This document shows positions 60,639 through 64,000 of a stretch of DNA of 64,000 nucleotides, piece by piece. The notes below the pieces were generated by a model. It was not told the origin of the DNA, searched no databases, and saw only the letters and a list, made by a program, of their open reading frames with translations. The stretch covers positions 193,690-257,689 of the forward strand of contig NMRA01000479.1 in NCBI GenBank assembly GCA_002633005.1. Reading direction: 5' to 3'. The DNA comes from Phoronis australis. Its lineage: Eukaryota > Animalia > Phoronida. Positions within the stretch are counted from its first letter, which is position 1; every line of letters begins with the position of its first letter. A program made the position numbers and the translations under genes.

Positions 60639-62026
60639 TGCAGCAAGTTTGGAATGGTGCATTGTGGAATATCTGGCAACCATATTTAATGCTGAGAGAG
60701 AAATAGAAGGCAGAAGTTGAAACATTTCTGTGTAAGTCATCTTGTGTATTATTGTCTTGTGTTGTCTAGTGATGTTTGCTTGACATGGATATCCTTTGCA
60801 ATGCATATCTGCATAATCCTTCAAGTTGCCATAAATATTTCAGTGGCTCTGACTAGGTATTGTATCAGAATCACAAATTTGACCTCTTTGTGTCTAATGA
60901 GGTATCTTGTTGCTATGGTATGTCTCCCAAAACATTTCAAGCCCCATTGATGAACCTCACATTGACCATATTACGATGTAGCAACCCATTTAAGTGAAAT
61001 GTTCTTGTCAGCTATGCTTAACAGGAACACCAAGTGCTGTGTTGTGGGCTGAACGGGTGTAATATCTTTGTTGTTAAATTATGAAAGTATTTATTATATA
61101 AGAGTTGTGCCACAAAGTGGTTTTGTTGTGAAATATTGCAACTTGCATTATTGAGAAGCCCATTCGTGTAGTGTAATTAAGACTGAATCGTTCAATGTTT
61201 AGACTTTTTGGGTACCATAGTGTTTTTGCTTGGCAGTATTCAGTACTGTTGGATTGATCTGATGTTTTAGTTAAGGTTACATAGGACCCTATAAAAATGG
61301 CCAAATTTGGCTGATTTTGGAACTAACATATCTCAGAAATGGCTGATTAGATTCATGCGTAACTTTCAGACACCATACTTTATGCACTGTTCTCAGAAAT
61401 GCTGTTGGGAATTAGTTTTAAAAGTTCCATTTTTGCATGAGGTGCTACCAAATAGATTTTCATGAATTTTTTTTTTAATTGCACAAAACAAAAATGAAAT
61501 ATTTTAGAAAATTGTGACAGCATTTTTGATGTCTCACCTTGAACATTCATATGAAATACAATTTGTTCATGTTGTTGATACCATTTGTTCATGTTATTGA
61601 TACCATTGTTTTGCTGTCAATGTGTCATTCTTTTTTGCTAATTTTTACTAAAAAGACCATAACCCAATGAAGATGAGATTGGTAAGAAGTCAAAAAATAC
61701 AGAAAATATATACTTTTACTGAGTTAAAATCTATAGTTTGGTAAATGAATAGAATTGTTGATAAGATACTACTTAAGATCCAAACTTGTTGCTTTCTATC
61801 ATTTAATGTTTTATACATTAAATGTATTCTTTTGGCTTTTCTCACTGGTGTCAGCTGTGATGTTAACATTGTGTATGTATATTTTGATGGAAATTATGTT
61901 GTAGGCATATAATGGTACATGTCTAGTCACTACTAGATACATAGATATGACTGGTATGAGTTTACCATATTGTTAGATTAGTCTACCATTGTTGTGAGTG
62001 CAACAACCAGTGTGGGTCACTTCCAC

Positions 62027-62103
62027 TTTGAGACCACAGGTGTCTGTGTTTGAGACCACAGGTGCCTGTGTTTGAGACCACAGGTGCCTGTGTTTGAGAC
62101 AGG
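62027..62103. repeat. 22-bp tandem repeat, ~3.5 copies
   Basis: TTTGAGACCACAGGTGCCTGTG. Confidence 0.85.
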
Positions 62104-62459
62104 TATTCTAGCTTTTAGTAGCTGTGAATGATATACTCACATAGAACATTTATTGAACGTAGTGCTATCCAATTTCATCTTGTGCTGATTATCTACTTGA
62201 TTGCTTATTTTTCCAAAATGGTATTATAGGACATGTCTTTCTTGCTTATGACAAAAGCTGAGGATCTTACAAGAGGTTAAACAACTGTTGAAAACGTGAT
62301 AACCATTTATTTCTGTCATTAAAAAGGATCAACAGGTCACTTGGAAGGGTCAGCCAACCTTTTTAAAATTGATGACTTATTTACTAACGTTTTTACCGTG
62401 AGTGATCTGTTTCAGGTTGGGAGTCATTTATCATTTGCTCTCATAGAAGATTTTGAGCC

Positions 62460-63719
62460 TTATTACTCTGCGTGTGTAAGCGCAGAGTCCTGTTGTTCCT
62501 TGGTTTTCTTCAATTTTATTCTTATTCTTCTTATTCTTATTCTTCTTATTCTTCTTCCGACCAACTTTGAGGCTTAATAACTCCAAATTGGGTGCAGGTA
62601 CAGTCTTTAAATTCAGCATATGATTTTTGACAGTACATAAATTTTGATTGGTTATATAATCATATTCCATATTGCACCGGAAGAGGTCGTTTGGTGCAAA
62701 GGTCATATAATTTTCAAAATGCTACTCCTTCAGTTTTAAAGCTATCGTTTTCAAATTCGGTGCACAGGTATAAGTCAACATGACAATTTAAGAAATTACT
62801 TTTCTAAGTAATCGGGTCATCCAATCAGGTGAAATAGGTCAAAGGTCATTAGGTGCAAACTAAAATTTTGAGCTAGACATTTCAAATTAACAGGTCTGAT
62901 TGGCACAGGAAATTCAATTCGGAATCCAAAATTTCAGGTCATTTAGTGCAAACATGGGGTCATTAGGTGCATTTTTCTTCTGAAAATTTGACCTTTTCAT
63001 TCAGCAAGTATTCTGATGTGTCAACCGTCAGACAACTGTGATTCTCAGCTTTAAACATATTTTTCATGGGCTTTGCATTAATTCTCCTAAAGATGCTTAT
63101 AATGCACCGGATAGGATCAATTAGTGCAAAGGTCATGTAACGTTTAAAATGTTATATCTCTTACGTTTTTCAAGGAATTCTTTTCAATTTCAGCACACTT
63201 GGGTAAGTCAACATGCCAATTGAATACCCTACTTTACTTCGCAATAGGCCTAACCAATCAGAAAAAATAGGTCAAAGGTCATTGAGTGCAAACTAAAATT
63301 TTGAGCTAGAGACTTCAAAATTACATATCTGTTTACTAAGTGCGACTGAGTTTGAATTCTAAATTTCCAGGTCATTTGGTGCACCCATGGGTCATTAGGT
63401 GCATTTTTCTTCTGAAAGTTTGACCAATTCACTCATCTTGTATTCTGATGTGCTTAAAGTCAGCATCTGTGATTTTTAGCATTAACTACACTTTTAATCG
63501 AGTTAACATTTACTCCCTCATCGGCGCTCATAATGCACCGGAAGAGGTCAATTATTGGAAAGGTCATCAAAAAATTAATGTATAATTTCTCCTACAATTT
63601 TAAAGAATTCTTTTTCATATTGGTAAATGGGTTGCTGTCAGTAACTTTCCATAATAATTCCAGTAATACGCAGGCGCAGAGTCCCTTATTGTCACCCCGT
63701 GACGATAATCTTTCTAGTT
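62460..63719 (+). mobile_element. Helentron-type non-autonomous element, family B
   Basis: 5' TTATTACTCTGCG with inverted CGCAGAGT, (CTTATT/CTT)n microsatellite, ~430-bp tandem units (62673, 63103, 63534), 3' GCGCAGAGT + hairpin TTGTCAC..GTGACGA + CTAGTT. Confidence 0.8.
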
Positions 63720-64000
63720 TTGTTTTGTTGTTTATTGATTTCCAGTTTGGGTTGTGAGCAAGAAGAAATGTCCCTTCAAGATAATTTTAGTGACATCTGT
63801 TGTCATGGTAATGATGGAAATACATGTGTTGTCATGGTATTCCAGGTATAGTGATGTCTTTAAGTTGTGTGCTACTGGTGGTGCTCAGTCCTCATGTCTT
63901 TAGCAGTAAACAATGTTCCCATGCCTGCTAACAAATGGTGTGTTGACCTTGTACCTATATGTAGGGTAGAGTCACACTTCCAGTTGTGCAGTGGTTTGGT

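Overview
Animal (invertebrate-like) genomic DNA, AT-rich, with two N-gaps. Two host genes are supported. One is an intronless BORCS8 (MEF2BNB) ORF on the minus strand at 1597-2010. The other is a class VI POU homeobox gene (POU6/pdm3-like) on the plus strand, for which nine phase-consistent coding exons can be assembled between 34797 and 60638; its first exon(s) are unresolved. Most remaining sequence is transposon-derived: four Kolobok elements of two families (TTAA TSDs; THAP-transposase and KolX remnants facing each other), TA-flanked Tc1/mariner-like elements (one family carrying a decayed HIRAN-like gene), hAT and Harbinger MITEs, a degenerate P-like element, a CR1/L2-type LINE fragment, two families of Helentron-type non-autonomous elements (HINE/DINE-1-like) and many minisatellites. 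The strongest leads are four in-frame tandem splice donors at a POU6 exon, a HIRAN-carrying TcMar-like family, rearranged Kolobok derivatives (a fused convergent gene pair and a two-left-end element), and a possible second ORF or 3'UTR intron just downstream of BORCS8. All calls were made by eye; no database search was run.
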